DNA of 64,000 nucleotides from Azolla caroliniana (lineage: Eukaryota > Plantae > Polypodiophyta): contig JBHGNT010000013.1 in assembly GCA_043228905.1 (NCBI GenBank), positions 6,014,001 through 6,078,000 of the forward strand, read 5' to 3'. The notes below the pieces were generated by a model. The model made no database searches and was not told the DNA's origin. It saw only the letters and a list, made by a program, of their open reading frames with translations. Numbering within the stretch: position 1 is the first letter of the stretch; each line of letters opens with the position of its first letter. Shown piece by piece: positions 1-11,302 of this stretch. The translations under genes and the position numbers were made by a program.

Positions 1-175
1 CATGATCCTTTTGATGCATGATCTGAGTGTTATCATGACACTTATGTGATTGGGAATCGGCCATGTTCGAGCACTGTTTTTGTTAGAACTTTGGATCCAT
101 CCCCTTCATATCCTCATGAGACCATGCAAATACATCTTTATATTAATACAACAAGTCAATCATGGTAGCATCTTC

Positions 176-2629
176 TCAGCTCATCTCTTCCTTCCATGGT
201 AGCATTGTCCATGTCGCAATTGCGGTTTTTGTCGGCATTACCGGTGCTTGTCCAGTCATAAGTTCTGCCGGCATATAACCGCTTACGGAGCTATGCGTTG
301 TCTGATCCGCCCATAGTGCATACGGGAGCATCTGCGGCCAGTCCATCACCCTTTCGTCGCATGCTTTGGCAAGTGTTTTGACAATCGGACTATGTCCTCG
401 CTCGACCTTCCCGTTGGCTTCCGGATTGTATGCCATTGTTAGTGTTAACCAAACTCCATGTTTGGCGAAGAATCTCCTAGCTTTATCATAGTCAAGTTCT
501 CCCCAATCCGCAACCACTTGTCCTACGAACCCGTACTTGCAAAACACTTCTTCCAAAAGAAATTGACATACCGCAGAACACGTTTTTCTTCGTAGCGCCC
601 GACCTTCTACTTGATTTGTGAGATCTTCCCGAGCTAACACCAGGTACTTCTTTTGTCCAATCCCGGTTGGCATGGCTACAATATCAACCATCCATTTGAA
701 GTTGATTGTTGGTGAGAATGTCGGATGTAACTCATCTCGGTGTCGAACTCCGGAGTAGATTTGACACTTCTCGCAGCTTTCTGTGAACTCCGCTATATCA
801 TTGTACATGTTCTTCCACCAATATTTTTGTTTGATTTTCACAAAAGTTGCCCATGTTCCTCGATGTCCAGCCCAATCAGATTCGTGAAATTTGGACATTA
901 TCCGGTTTCGTTGCTCTTTTGTCCCGACTACTCGAAGTGGTATGCCACCCGGTCTTTTCGGCTCCCTCCATAAAAATCCATTTTTGAAGAAGAACTTTCG
1001 GACTTGCCGTTTCTTACTTCGGATCTCGGCTCTCTTCTCTTTATTGTCCGATGATTCCTCGATTTCTCATAGCATTTTCCCGATCAACAAGCTTTGCTTT
1101 CTCCCTCGTATTCTTCTTCCCGGAATTCTTGGATTACGTCCACCCCGCATATGTGCTCCGAAGCAAAGTAGTCTTCGGAAACTTCTTCATTATCGGATTC
1201 GGTTATGTCATCTCCGAACCGCGCCCTTGATAGCATATCCGCTACAACGTTATCTTTTCCAGAGATGTGTCTTACCTCCGGATTAAGTGACTTAACATAT
1301 GCAATCCACCTTAGCATAGCCACATCCGGTATAGTACAACACCGCATCATCCCGAGTATCGGAAGACAATCCGTTTCGATCACTACTTCGGCTCCGATCA
1401 AATAATCTCGATCCAATTTGATTGCCGACATGACTCCCCATAATTCTCTTTGGACTTGCGCATACCCGTGTTGCCTTTCGTTGAGAACCTTTGCTCCGAA
1501 TCGGATCGGATATCGCGAACCATCCGAGTCGATTTGATTGATGACCCATCCGAGTACAACACCGCATCATCCCGAGTATCGGAAGACAATCCGTTTCGAT
1601 CACTACTTCGGCTCTGATCAAATAATCTCGATCCAATTTGATTGCCGACATGACTCCCCATAATTCTCTTTGGACTTGCGCATACCCGTGTTGCCTTTCG
1701 TTGAGAACCTTTGCTCCGAATCGGATCGGATATCGCGAACCATCCGAGTCGATTTGATTGATGACCCATCCGATTCCGGTTGGACTTGTATCAACGGTTA
1801 CTATAACCGGTCGTTCATAGTTCGGCTTCTTTAGAGCTTCAGCCCTCTGCAGTGTTTTCTTGAGCTTCCTCATGGCTTCGGTGTGTTCCGGTTTCCATTC
1901 CAACTTCTTCCTCTTCCGCAACAAGTGATAGAGCGGGTCCGGAATATGTGCGTAGTGAGGAATCCATATGTGATAGAATGCACATGCTCCAAGAAACCTT
2001 CGGACTTCGGATTGTTACTCGCATACTTCTTTCATAGCTTGAATCGCATCGATCTTGGTTGGTGACGCTCTTCGGCCGTAGGGCCCACATAGATGTCCGA
2101 CTACCAATATTTCTTCTTCTCTGAACACCAATTTCTCTCCGGAAAGTGTTAGATGCACATCTTTTAACTTCCGTAACACTTTCTCACAATCACGGATATG
2201 GTTGACTACGAACCTTCGGCATCCCCGTTCATCCATAGCTTCATCTTTTTCTTCAACCGCACACCCTTTTATCGGAATGTCATCTAGGAATGGCATCGTT
2301 ATCTCCAGTATGCAATCCCGAACCACCTTGTTCATCGCATTCATCATATGTGCGACTGAGTTCGTCGCTCCTTGTGGTAGCGTACACATCCAGACTAATC
2401 CTATCGGTGTCCGCATGGTAGTGATGTCTCGGCTCTCCACAGCTAGTTAGAATTGGTCATATCCGGAGTATAGGTCTCCGATGGAGTATATCGCGTGACC
2501 GACAAATGCTTCCGCAAATTCCTCCACTATCGGACTGACTCCGGAATTCCGGATCGTGACCTTGTTCACCGGTTGCAAGTCTTGGATAAATCGGAGTGAT
2601 CCATTCTTCTTCGGAACTGTAAACCATCG
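176..2629 (-). mobile_element. Truncated, frameshifted Ty3/Gypsy pol fragment (RT, RNase H, integrase)
   Basis: Minus-strand ORFs: RT (LPQGATNSV...PFLDDIPIKG), RNase H (VDTSPTGIG, RELWG, VADMLSR), integrase (GHRG..CEKC, VDIV, ANGKVERGH). No LTR of its own is visible; it is cut at 2629 by an LTR. Confidence 0.9.
1333..1772. repeat. 220-bp tandem duplication inside the Gypsy RNase H region
   Basis: agtacaacaccgcatc... starts at both 1333 and 1553; the two units are near-identical. Confidence 0.9.
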
Positions 2630-3026
2630 TGTTGACCGGTCAAAAGAGCAAGGACAAGTGGGAATGCGGAGTCGGATCGGATAATAGGAAGTAAATAATA
2701 GTATAATTATTATTTGGAGGGACGGATCCGGTACAGTTGTACCGATCCGGATCTGGACCGATTCGGATGCCGGTTGCCTAAGCGCACCGATTGTAACCTT
2801 GCCGGATGCCTATAAAAGGATCCGATGATTTGTAAAGGTTTTGACGGAAGTAATACAAAAGTATCTGTATCATCGTATTGTTTATCTGTATCATCGTATT
2901 GTTTTACCGTCTGTGCTTAATTGTAATCATCTTACGCGTGTAACCTAGCATCCAATCCTTACCACCCCTTTGGAGAAGTGTCGGATAGACACCTGTGTTG
3001 AGGCTAGTCCGGCCAGGCAGACAACA
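2630..3026 (+). mobile_element. Solo-like Gypsy LTR (TGTTG...CAACA), related to the LTR at 10143-10588
   Basis: TG..CA termini, TATAAAA near 2811, and shared motifs (tcttacgcgtgt, cacccctttgg, atagacacc) with LTR 10143-10588. No TSD. Confidence 0.75.
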
Positions 3027-3116
3027 CTCCGAATAATAATTATACTATTATTTACTTCCTATTATCCGATCCGACTCCGCCTTCCCACTTGTCCTTGCTC
3101 TTCTGACCGGTCAACA
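3027..3116 (-). repeat. 90-bp inverted copy of the first 90 bp of the adjacent LTR (2630-2719)
   Basis: Reverse complement matches 2630-2719 with about 3 mismatches. Confidence 0.9.
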
Positions 3117-3162
3117 AGGGCTTGTCGGCGGTAGTCACTCCGAGAACGAGACATGGCAGGCG

Positions 3163-6100
3163 TTGCAAGAGTGCCAGATTACGTTGCCACTAGGAAGACT
3201 CCTACAACTCGTGCCAAGATTCACGGATGGACTGAAGACGGCCATGACGGCAGGAGAACCATCACCATCATCGGCACCGGTACTCTTCTTGAATCCGGAG
3301 GAGGGACCAACGGTGGTGGACACCAGCAGTCCGGTAATCATTGCCATTGTAAAAGGGAAAGAACTCCCCGGCACAGTTATAGACGGAGGCTCTGGGGTGA
3401 ATGTAATAAGCCTCCGGATGTGTGATGCCCTAGGAATCCACGAGTGGGAGCCGTGTCCGTTCTGGTTGCGGATGGCCGATACAAGCTCAGTGCGGCCGAC
3501 AGGATTAATATGGAAATTAGAAGTCACCGTGGGCGGTCATACATTTCACATCTCGGCAGTAGTGCTACAATTACAGGCACAAGGCGCATACCCGCTATTA
3601 CTGGGGCGGCCATTGTTGAAAACGGCACATATCAAACAGAATTGGAGGAAAAATATAATTACCTTTCGGCGAGGAAAAGCCAAGGTACGGGTACCAACAC
3701 AGCCAAGGATGAGCACTGGCAAGGAATGTACACCGTTGTATGTGGAATGCGTCAACATGCTAGGAGGGTTAGCTGACGAAGAAGAAGCTCAGTACCTGCA
3801 GGAAAACCCGAAGATCATACCCCTCTTCGAAATTGACATTGCCGAAGCAGTAGCACCATACTTACCGCAACCGGAAGAGGCTGAAGCAGAACTGGATAAA
3901 GACGCAATCCGGGAGTTAGGGCAAGCGCAGGAAGCGTTGGAACGGGAAATGGCTGTTTCAGAGCGCGTAAAAGCGTTGCAACTGGAAGAGGTGAACCTAG
4001 GGACCACGGACGAAGCAAAACCGGTGCACATCGCCAAGGAGATTAAGTCCGAAGATAAAACGGAGATGATCACACTTCTCACGGAATTACGCGATGTGTT
4101 CGCCTGGTCATACGAAGACATGCGAGGACTCGACCCTAAGTTATACCAACATCAGGTTCACTTGAGCAAGGACGCAAAACCAGTGGCACAAAGATGGTAC
4201 TGGATGAACCCCAATTATGCTGCCAAAGTCAAGGAGGAAATCGACAAACTGCTAAGAGTTGGCTTTATCCGTCCGGTAAAGAAAGCGACATGGCTGAGCC
4301 CGATCGTAGTTGTACCGAAGAAGAACGGAAAAATTCGAGTTTGTGTGGATTACCGGAAACTCAATGCAGCTACGGTAACGGATGCGTTTCCACTTCCGTT
4401 CACAGATGGAGTGTTGGATGTCGTCGCCGGCCATGAGGTCTATAGCTTTCTAGACAGATTCAGTGGGTATAATCAGATCCGGATGCACCCCGACGACCAA
4501 GAGAAAACAGCTTTCGTCACCGAATGGGGGGTGTTTGTGGCGGTGGTGATGATGTTTGGACTCAAAACGGCACCGCAACATTTCAACGAATCATCATGGA
4601 AATCTTTGGTGAATATATTCCGACTTTTATGCAGGTTTTCCTTGACGATTTCGCCATCTATAGCCGGGAGGAGGACCATTTTCAGCACCTCCGTCTTTGT
4701 CTAGAAAAGTGTAGAGCGTACCGGCTAAGCTTGAATCTGGCAAAGTGTGTATTTGGCGTGTCCAGTGGAACTCTATTACGACATATTGTGAGCCAGGAAG
4801 GTATTGCAGTCGACCCGGACAAAGTGAAAGCCATATTAGAAGCACCGGCGCCGGCAACAGCAAAGGCATTAAGCCGGTTCTTAGGCCAGATCCGGTGGCA
4901 CAGCCGGATGCTCCGATACCTGGCCGACCTGGCTACACCGTTGCATGCCGCCGTACATTGGACACCATTCCAGTGGACCGACACCGAGGATAGGGCGTAT
5001 AGGGCCCTCAAGGTACTATTGTCGCAAGCACCGGTAGTGCAGCCTCCGGATTGGAGTAAAGAATTTCATGTGTTCATGGACGCCTCCGACATCGCAATCG
5101 GAAGTGTACTTATGCAGCTTATAGAGGCAAAGTGGTACCGGCCAGTGTACTATGCCAGCCGGAAACTATCCCAGGCAGAACGGAACTACTCTACCTTAGA
5201 ACGGGAAGCTCTAGGGATGATCTACAATGTGACAAAGTTTCGGCATTATTTATTGGGAAGGAAGTTTTCCTTCCATGTAGATCATTCGGCACTCCTTTAC
5301 CTGGTGTCCAAAGCGTCACTCACCGGCAAATTGGCCCGGTGGACCTTACTGTTACAGGAATTTGAGTTTGAAATATTCCACCGATCCGGTATACAACATG
5401 CCGTGGCGGATTACTTAAGCCGATTAGAGTCCGGAGAGACGGGTGACGGAGTAGCCAATGCGTTTCCGGATGCGGAGCTGTTTCGAGTCACTGCGGAAAC
5501 GGCAGCAGATGAGACAGTGGCACAGGAAGACAAGTGGCTCACAAACATGCACCAGTTTTTGAGCACAGGACTACCTCCGGAAGAGATGAACCGAGACGAA
5601 CGGAAACGCCTGGCGGTGCAAAGCCGACATTTCTGCTTACTGCAAGACACACTTTACCACAAGGGCGCGGATGGCATATGGAGACGGGCTATGCGCAACG
5701 ATGAAAAGGACCTGATACTGAGGGAAGCCCACTGCGGAGTTGCCGGAGGTCACTATGCCGGAGATGCGACGGCCAGGAAAATATGGCAAAGTGGCCTATG
5801 GTGGCCAACGACATTAAGAGATGTGGTACGGTACGCAAAAGAATGTGACCTATGCCAGAGAATGGGCCAGCCAACGGAGCAGGCTCGTATGCCACACCAG
5901 CCGGTACTATCACTCGAGCCATTCCAGAAGTGGGGGCTAGACTTTGTTGGACCGTTCAAACCACCGGAAATGAGAACGGGTAATCGGTACGTCATCGTCG
6001 CGACGGATTACTGCACGAAATGGGTGGAGCCCAAAGCCTTAAGAGACAACACCGCTGCGTCAACGACGAAATTTCTATACGAGTACATCTGGTGCCATTA

Positions 6101-6923
6101 CGGATGCCCAATCGAATTAATAAGCGACCAAGGGGGGCACTTCCTCGGCCAAGTAGTTGAAAGCCTGACGACATTCTATGCCGTTGTCCATAAACGGAGC
6201 ACACCTTACTATCCGCAAGCGAACGGTTTAGCGGAATCGACGAACAAAACACTCCAGAATATCCTCCGAAAGATCGTCAACGAAAACCGAACGGATTGGG
6301 ATACCAAGCTACATAGCGCGCTTTGGGCATATCGGACGGCATACAAAACGAGCATCCGAACAACACCGTTCCGGTTAGCGTTCGGACTAGAGGCGGTAAT
6401 GCCGGTGGAATTCCAAGTACCCAGCTTACGGATCCAGCTACGGGAACGACTGAACGAGAAGGAGTTGGAGGCAATACGGTTAACAACGCTGTGTGAACTC
6501 GAGGAACAACGACTGGCAAGCATCCTGCACTTAGAATTGGAGCAACGGCGACGGAAAGCATTTGTTGACCGGCACCGGAAAGGAAACGAAAAAATGTTCA
6601 CAATCGGCAAACCGGTGTTAGTATTTCAGACCCGGATGGGCAAGATGCCGGGTAAACTACGGTTTAGATGGACCGGACCGTACTGGCTAACACGTGACTA
6701 TAATGGGTCCTACTAGTTAGGGACACTTGCCGGCGAAGTGCTAGGCAAATGGGTCAACGGATTCCGATTGAAGCCATATAGAGGACCGATGCCCAAGAAC
6801 CCATTTGAGCAAAGGACCAACGTCATTGAGGGAAATGGCAACCACCAAGACAGCAGAGACGGCGAGCCGGTAACTGGGGAGAATGAGGCCGGTAAGGGTC
6901 CGATCGGACCAACGGACAAGTAA
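3163..6923 (+). pseudogene. Gypsy pol (PR-RT-RH-INT) with a frameshift near 4575 and an in-frame stop at 6714-6716
   Basis: ORFs 3163-4704, 4524-6716 and 6738-6923 join into one pol. No additional archaeal-type RNase H or chromodomain seen. Confidence 0.9.
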
Positions 6924-7290
6924 CGCCACACTAACACCGAAAAAAAAAAAAAACCAAAGTAATCATGCAAAACCGAGGAATGAATGGACGAAAGAGCGAG
7001 GAGCGAAAAGGTACGTAGTGGGCATTTAAAGCGCCACCACAGGACATAATGCTATTTTAGTACACGACGTGCATACACTCGAAAAAGGCGCCAGAATGCA
7101 CAGAGAAAAACCACTGTGCATGGAAACCCTCTGCTTTCGAGAACCCAGGAGCACAGAAGCACCAAGGCGCTGCAAGATCATCAAACGAGAACCTACGCAC
7201 AGAGAACCCCCGCTATCTGAACTCTCTCTCTCTCAATCTCACTCTCATCACCATCCAACCTCGCCACCGCAATCCGACCTCGACACAGAC

Positions 7291-9980
7291 ATGGACCCAC
7301 AAACGTTGTCGGAGGCCGCCAAGACATGGCTAAAGCAACACGGGCTCGAGGGCTTCTTGATGATGATGGAAGTACCGCCACACAAAGAAGCCGACAAGGT
7401 GATCAAAGAAATCGACACAGAGGTCATAACGCGGAGGCTATTCGAGCGTTAACAGGCCTTCCGGAGGGAGGCATACTCATGATTGACAATCTGACCCCGG
7501 AGCAACTCATCAGGTATTTTGGTGAGTACTCCCTAGCCAGCAAGGGCTACCGGACACAGGGCGGCGAAGACATGCTGTTCCGTGAGATTGCTCGTGTGCT
7601 CCACGAATACGGCCATGTGTACCCTAGACCCCCTGTCATGCCACAGAACCGGGCAGGGATGATCATCGCCACCTATGAAGGTATCAAGGTGGATTGGCCG
7701 ATATTGATCGCAGACGGGTTGTGTGCGGCGATCGAGATCATCATAGGCAAAGACGGCAAAGAAGGCCGAGAAGGACGGAGGATATGGCACGCCGTAACGC
7801 AGTGGCTCACCTTGCTTGTGCAACCCGTCCAGCCTGTCCAGCCCAAGAAGCGAGGAAGAGTGACGGAGGGCACCCCAAAGACGGCTTCCAAAAGACAACA
7901 GTTGTTGGCCTCTAAGGCCACTAAGGGGAAGGCGGCGGACGCAGAACAGGCGGGAAAGGAAAGCGGCAGCCGGAAGCAGCCAACGGATGCGCAGGAGGAA
8001 CCACCGGCACGGCCCGTAAAGGTTACACTCCGCCGACCGGTGAATAGAGAAGCGGACCCCTTGGCGGCAAAACTCAATGCCGAGACTCGGGAAGAGGAAA
8101 TAGAGGAGGAGCCTACGGAGCACCTCCAGCGACAGTCGTCGGCAAGGACCGTCGAGGCAGTCGGGAAACGTTCGGACCCTCAAACGGAGGGAGCACCGGC
8201 TCCCCATACTGAGACTCCCACGCCAAGGGAGGAACCAGAACCGGTGCGCATGGCACCGGAATCAGAAGCCCCGGTACCACCGGCAACATCGGCAAGTCCC
8301 ATCCCGCCAGAGCCGGAAAGGTCAATGCAGCCTCCCTCGGCCAGCCAAGAAGAAGCACAAGGCGAACCAGGACAGCAGGGTGGTCCACAGGCAGAAACGG
8401 AATTGCAACTCGGCGCAATCAGGCGGGACCACCCATCTACAAGTGAGCCCATCCGTCAAACCTCCGGGCAAACGCAACAAGAAGGCACCGGTAGCCTGTG
8501 GCTCCGGCGGGTAGGTGAACAGATTGCCGGAGCAATGGGATATATTGAGGCGGAAGAAAGAGCGCAAAGCGAACGGTTGCTCATCACAACCGAACAACTA
8601 GAGACGGCCCGGTCCAGAATCCGGTGCCTGGAAAAAGACTTGGATCAGGTCACGACAGAGATGGCCAAAATGGCCTTAACGGCAACACAGATCCAATCAC
8701 CGGTGACTCCGGTAAGTGTACAGAATAAAGAAACGGATCGACCTGTACATACCAATAAGATCCCGGCAACGGAAACCGTTCCGGCGAGAGATGCGGCGCA
8801 AGACCAGGAGCTTGCGGAATTGAGCGATGAACTTGCCGCACAAGAAGCGCTAAGGAGCCGTGAACGGGAATTGAAGACAGCGGCCGAAGCCGAATTAAAG
8901 AAGACTGCTGAGAACCTCCGCCAGGCAGAGGAGAGCCTCCGGAAAGGCCATCAAGCGTACGACCGGCTAAGGGAGGAAAAAGACAAAGTGTTGCAGGAAA
9001 AGGACAAGCTGCGGAAGACGGCGGAAACGGAAATTGAACGGCTAAAGGAAGAGCTCCGCCAGCAGAAGGACCACGAGGACCAGGCTCGTCGACAGATCAA
9101 TGCACGGCTCAAGCAAAAGACAGATGATTTTGAGCACCTGCACCGGGACTACAAACGGCTGGAAATGGAGCATAAAGAATGGATGGCCGAGCTCCGGCAG
9201 GAAGTTGATCGGGCCGCAACGGCGATCGCCGACAAACGTGCAGAAAATACAAGACGCTTGGACGAGGCGGAGAAGGTCCGGATGGAGCTCCAAAGGCAAC
9301 AATAGGAAGAAAAGGAGAGAGTGTCAACGGTATTGCAGAAATTACAAAGCACATATCAAAGGCAATTGACGCATTACAAGGAGCAGGCGGAGGACAACGT
9401 CAAAATCATCAAGCAACTGAAGGAGGAATGGCAAGCGGCGGAAAGCAAATCACAATTGGGAACGGGCCGGATTCAGTCCATCCTTCGGGCATGGCTGAAT
9501 TAGACAAAACACTTGATTGTTGAAAACTCCATAAGATGGTGGACAAAGTGAGCACAAAACGCGGCGAAACTCCAATTGCTATGGGCAGACGTGGCAAACC
9601 GGCGGAAGGAAGGAGATGATTGTTATACATTGACTTTCGAGGACTTCACCACCATACGGGACGAGCTGGCCGATGACTTCCAAGTCCTGGCAGATGAACA
9701 GCTGGCGCAGGTCCGGCGACTCGTAGCTCAGCTAGATGATGATAGGCTGGACGCTCAAATCCAGTTTGAAAGCTACGAGCGGTCCCGGGTTCGGGAAGAA
9801 AAAGCACGAGCAGCGGCAACGGTTAACCTTAGTGATGAGGAACCGTCGCCAGCCGAGGGCCAGCCCGAAACCAGTCAACCGGAGACCACTACGACGGAGG
9901 GAGCAACGACGGAGACGCCGGTGTTAGAGCAACAAACGGAGGAGCAGCCGCAGCAGTCACCAACGGACCCGTCGCAGTAG
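7291..9980 (+). pseudogene. Extra sense ORF downstream of pol (about 900 aa; globular N-terminus, P/E/Q-rich linker, long coiled coil), disrupted
   Basis: ATG 7291 (MDPQTLSEAAK...), frameshift near 7430 into ORF 7326-9305, stops at 9305 and 9503, tail ORF 9576-9980. A homologous fragment lies at 47350-48414. Confidence 0.7.
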
Positions 9981-9995
9981 ACATCAACAGAGTAG

Positions 9996-10022
9996 CAACA
10001 ACAACAACAACAACAACAACAA
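9996..10022 (+). repeat. (CAA)n microsatellite
   Basis: About 9 CAA units. Confidence 0.9.
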
Positions 10023-11302
10023 CCAATTCCCGATGAACCATTGGAGACTCTCGAACAAAGCATTCTGGATATTTTGGATGAAGAATAGCAAGGGTCATTT
10101 GTGGATTCGACGTACAAGGTACTGTCCCACGGGCATGCCATGTGTTACCGGCCGGCAAAGGAGTCCAAAGTGTGAAACGGGGAGTTATTTAAGTAGTAGG
10201 AATGTGGTTGTAATTAAGCTATAAGTGAGGACGGACGGACCGGAATCGGTATGCCGTTCCGGATCCGGACCGATCCCGAACAGGTGCGGATGGCACCGTT
10301 TTGTAATACAGACCGGAAACCTATTTAAAGGCCTAGATACAATGTAATGAATAGCGGTTAATTAATAAAGCTTAGTGTTGTTATCTGTCTGTGTTAATTG
10401 CCGTTCTGCCTTCATTGTTATATCTTACGCGTGTGATTATTAAAGACGATCAAGCTAAGTAACCTAATTAAGTCGGATTAAGCGTTTAGTCTAATGCTAT
10501 TGCCGTAACACCCCTTTGGTGAAGTGTCTTCCATAGACACCCTGTGTTAGGCCATTGTCCGGCCATTGTCCGGCCCTAAGAGTTAACAATTTTAGAAGAT
10601 GAATCATACCCAACTGAAACAAACAATGAAAAAATTGACGATGGTTATGATGACCTCATGCAAGTTTTCCTCGCCAAAGCTTTAACAGCAAGAATCGATA
10701 CAAAACAAAAATTTGACAACACCTGGTATTTCGATACCGGTGCCACCCATCACATGACAATTAATAGACAATCCATAACAAATTATAACCCCTTACCATC
10801 ACCAATCCCCGTCGTGTTTGGTAATACTTGTAGGCTAACTACTTTAAGAAAAGGAGACATAAACCTCTTCCTGGAAAACAACCAAGTTCTTATAGTAGAC
10901 AATGTTTATTTTCTTCCTGGAATCACAAAAAACCTACTATCCGTTTGTCAAGCAACCAAAAATGGCACCTCCATAAAGTTCGAAGAAACATATGCACAAA
11001 TTAAGCATAAAACCCTGAATGGACAGATAACTAAATACATTTGTAAACATCTAGATGACAAACTCTATCACCTCCCATGCAAACCCACAACCATCACATT
11101 AGAAGCACACTATACATCAACAAATGAACAATCTAATTTAACGAATCTGTGGCACCATCGACTCGCACACACTCATCTACAAGCCATAAAAAATATGCAA
11201 TTTTATAATATGGCATTAGGCCTTCCAAAAGCGCACCTCGCAAACTTGAAAATCTATGAAGGGTGCATTCTTGGAAAAATGCCCCAACATCCTTTTCCAC
11301 GC

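Larger units (their letters stand above)
3117..10588 (+). mobile_element. 5'-truncated non-chromovirus Ty3/Gypsy element: pol, extra 3' ORF and 3' LTR (10143-10588)
   Basis: Protease (VIDGGSGVN), RT (RVCVDYRKLN, FLDD), RNase H (DASD), integrase (HHCC, WGLDF, NGLAE). The LTR has TGTTA...TAACA ends, a TATTTAAA box and AATAAA. Confidence 0.92.
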
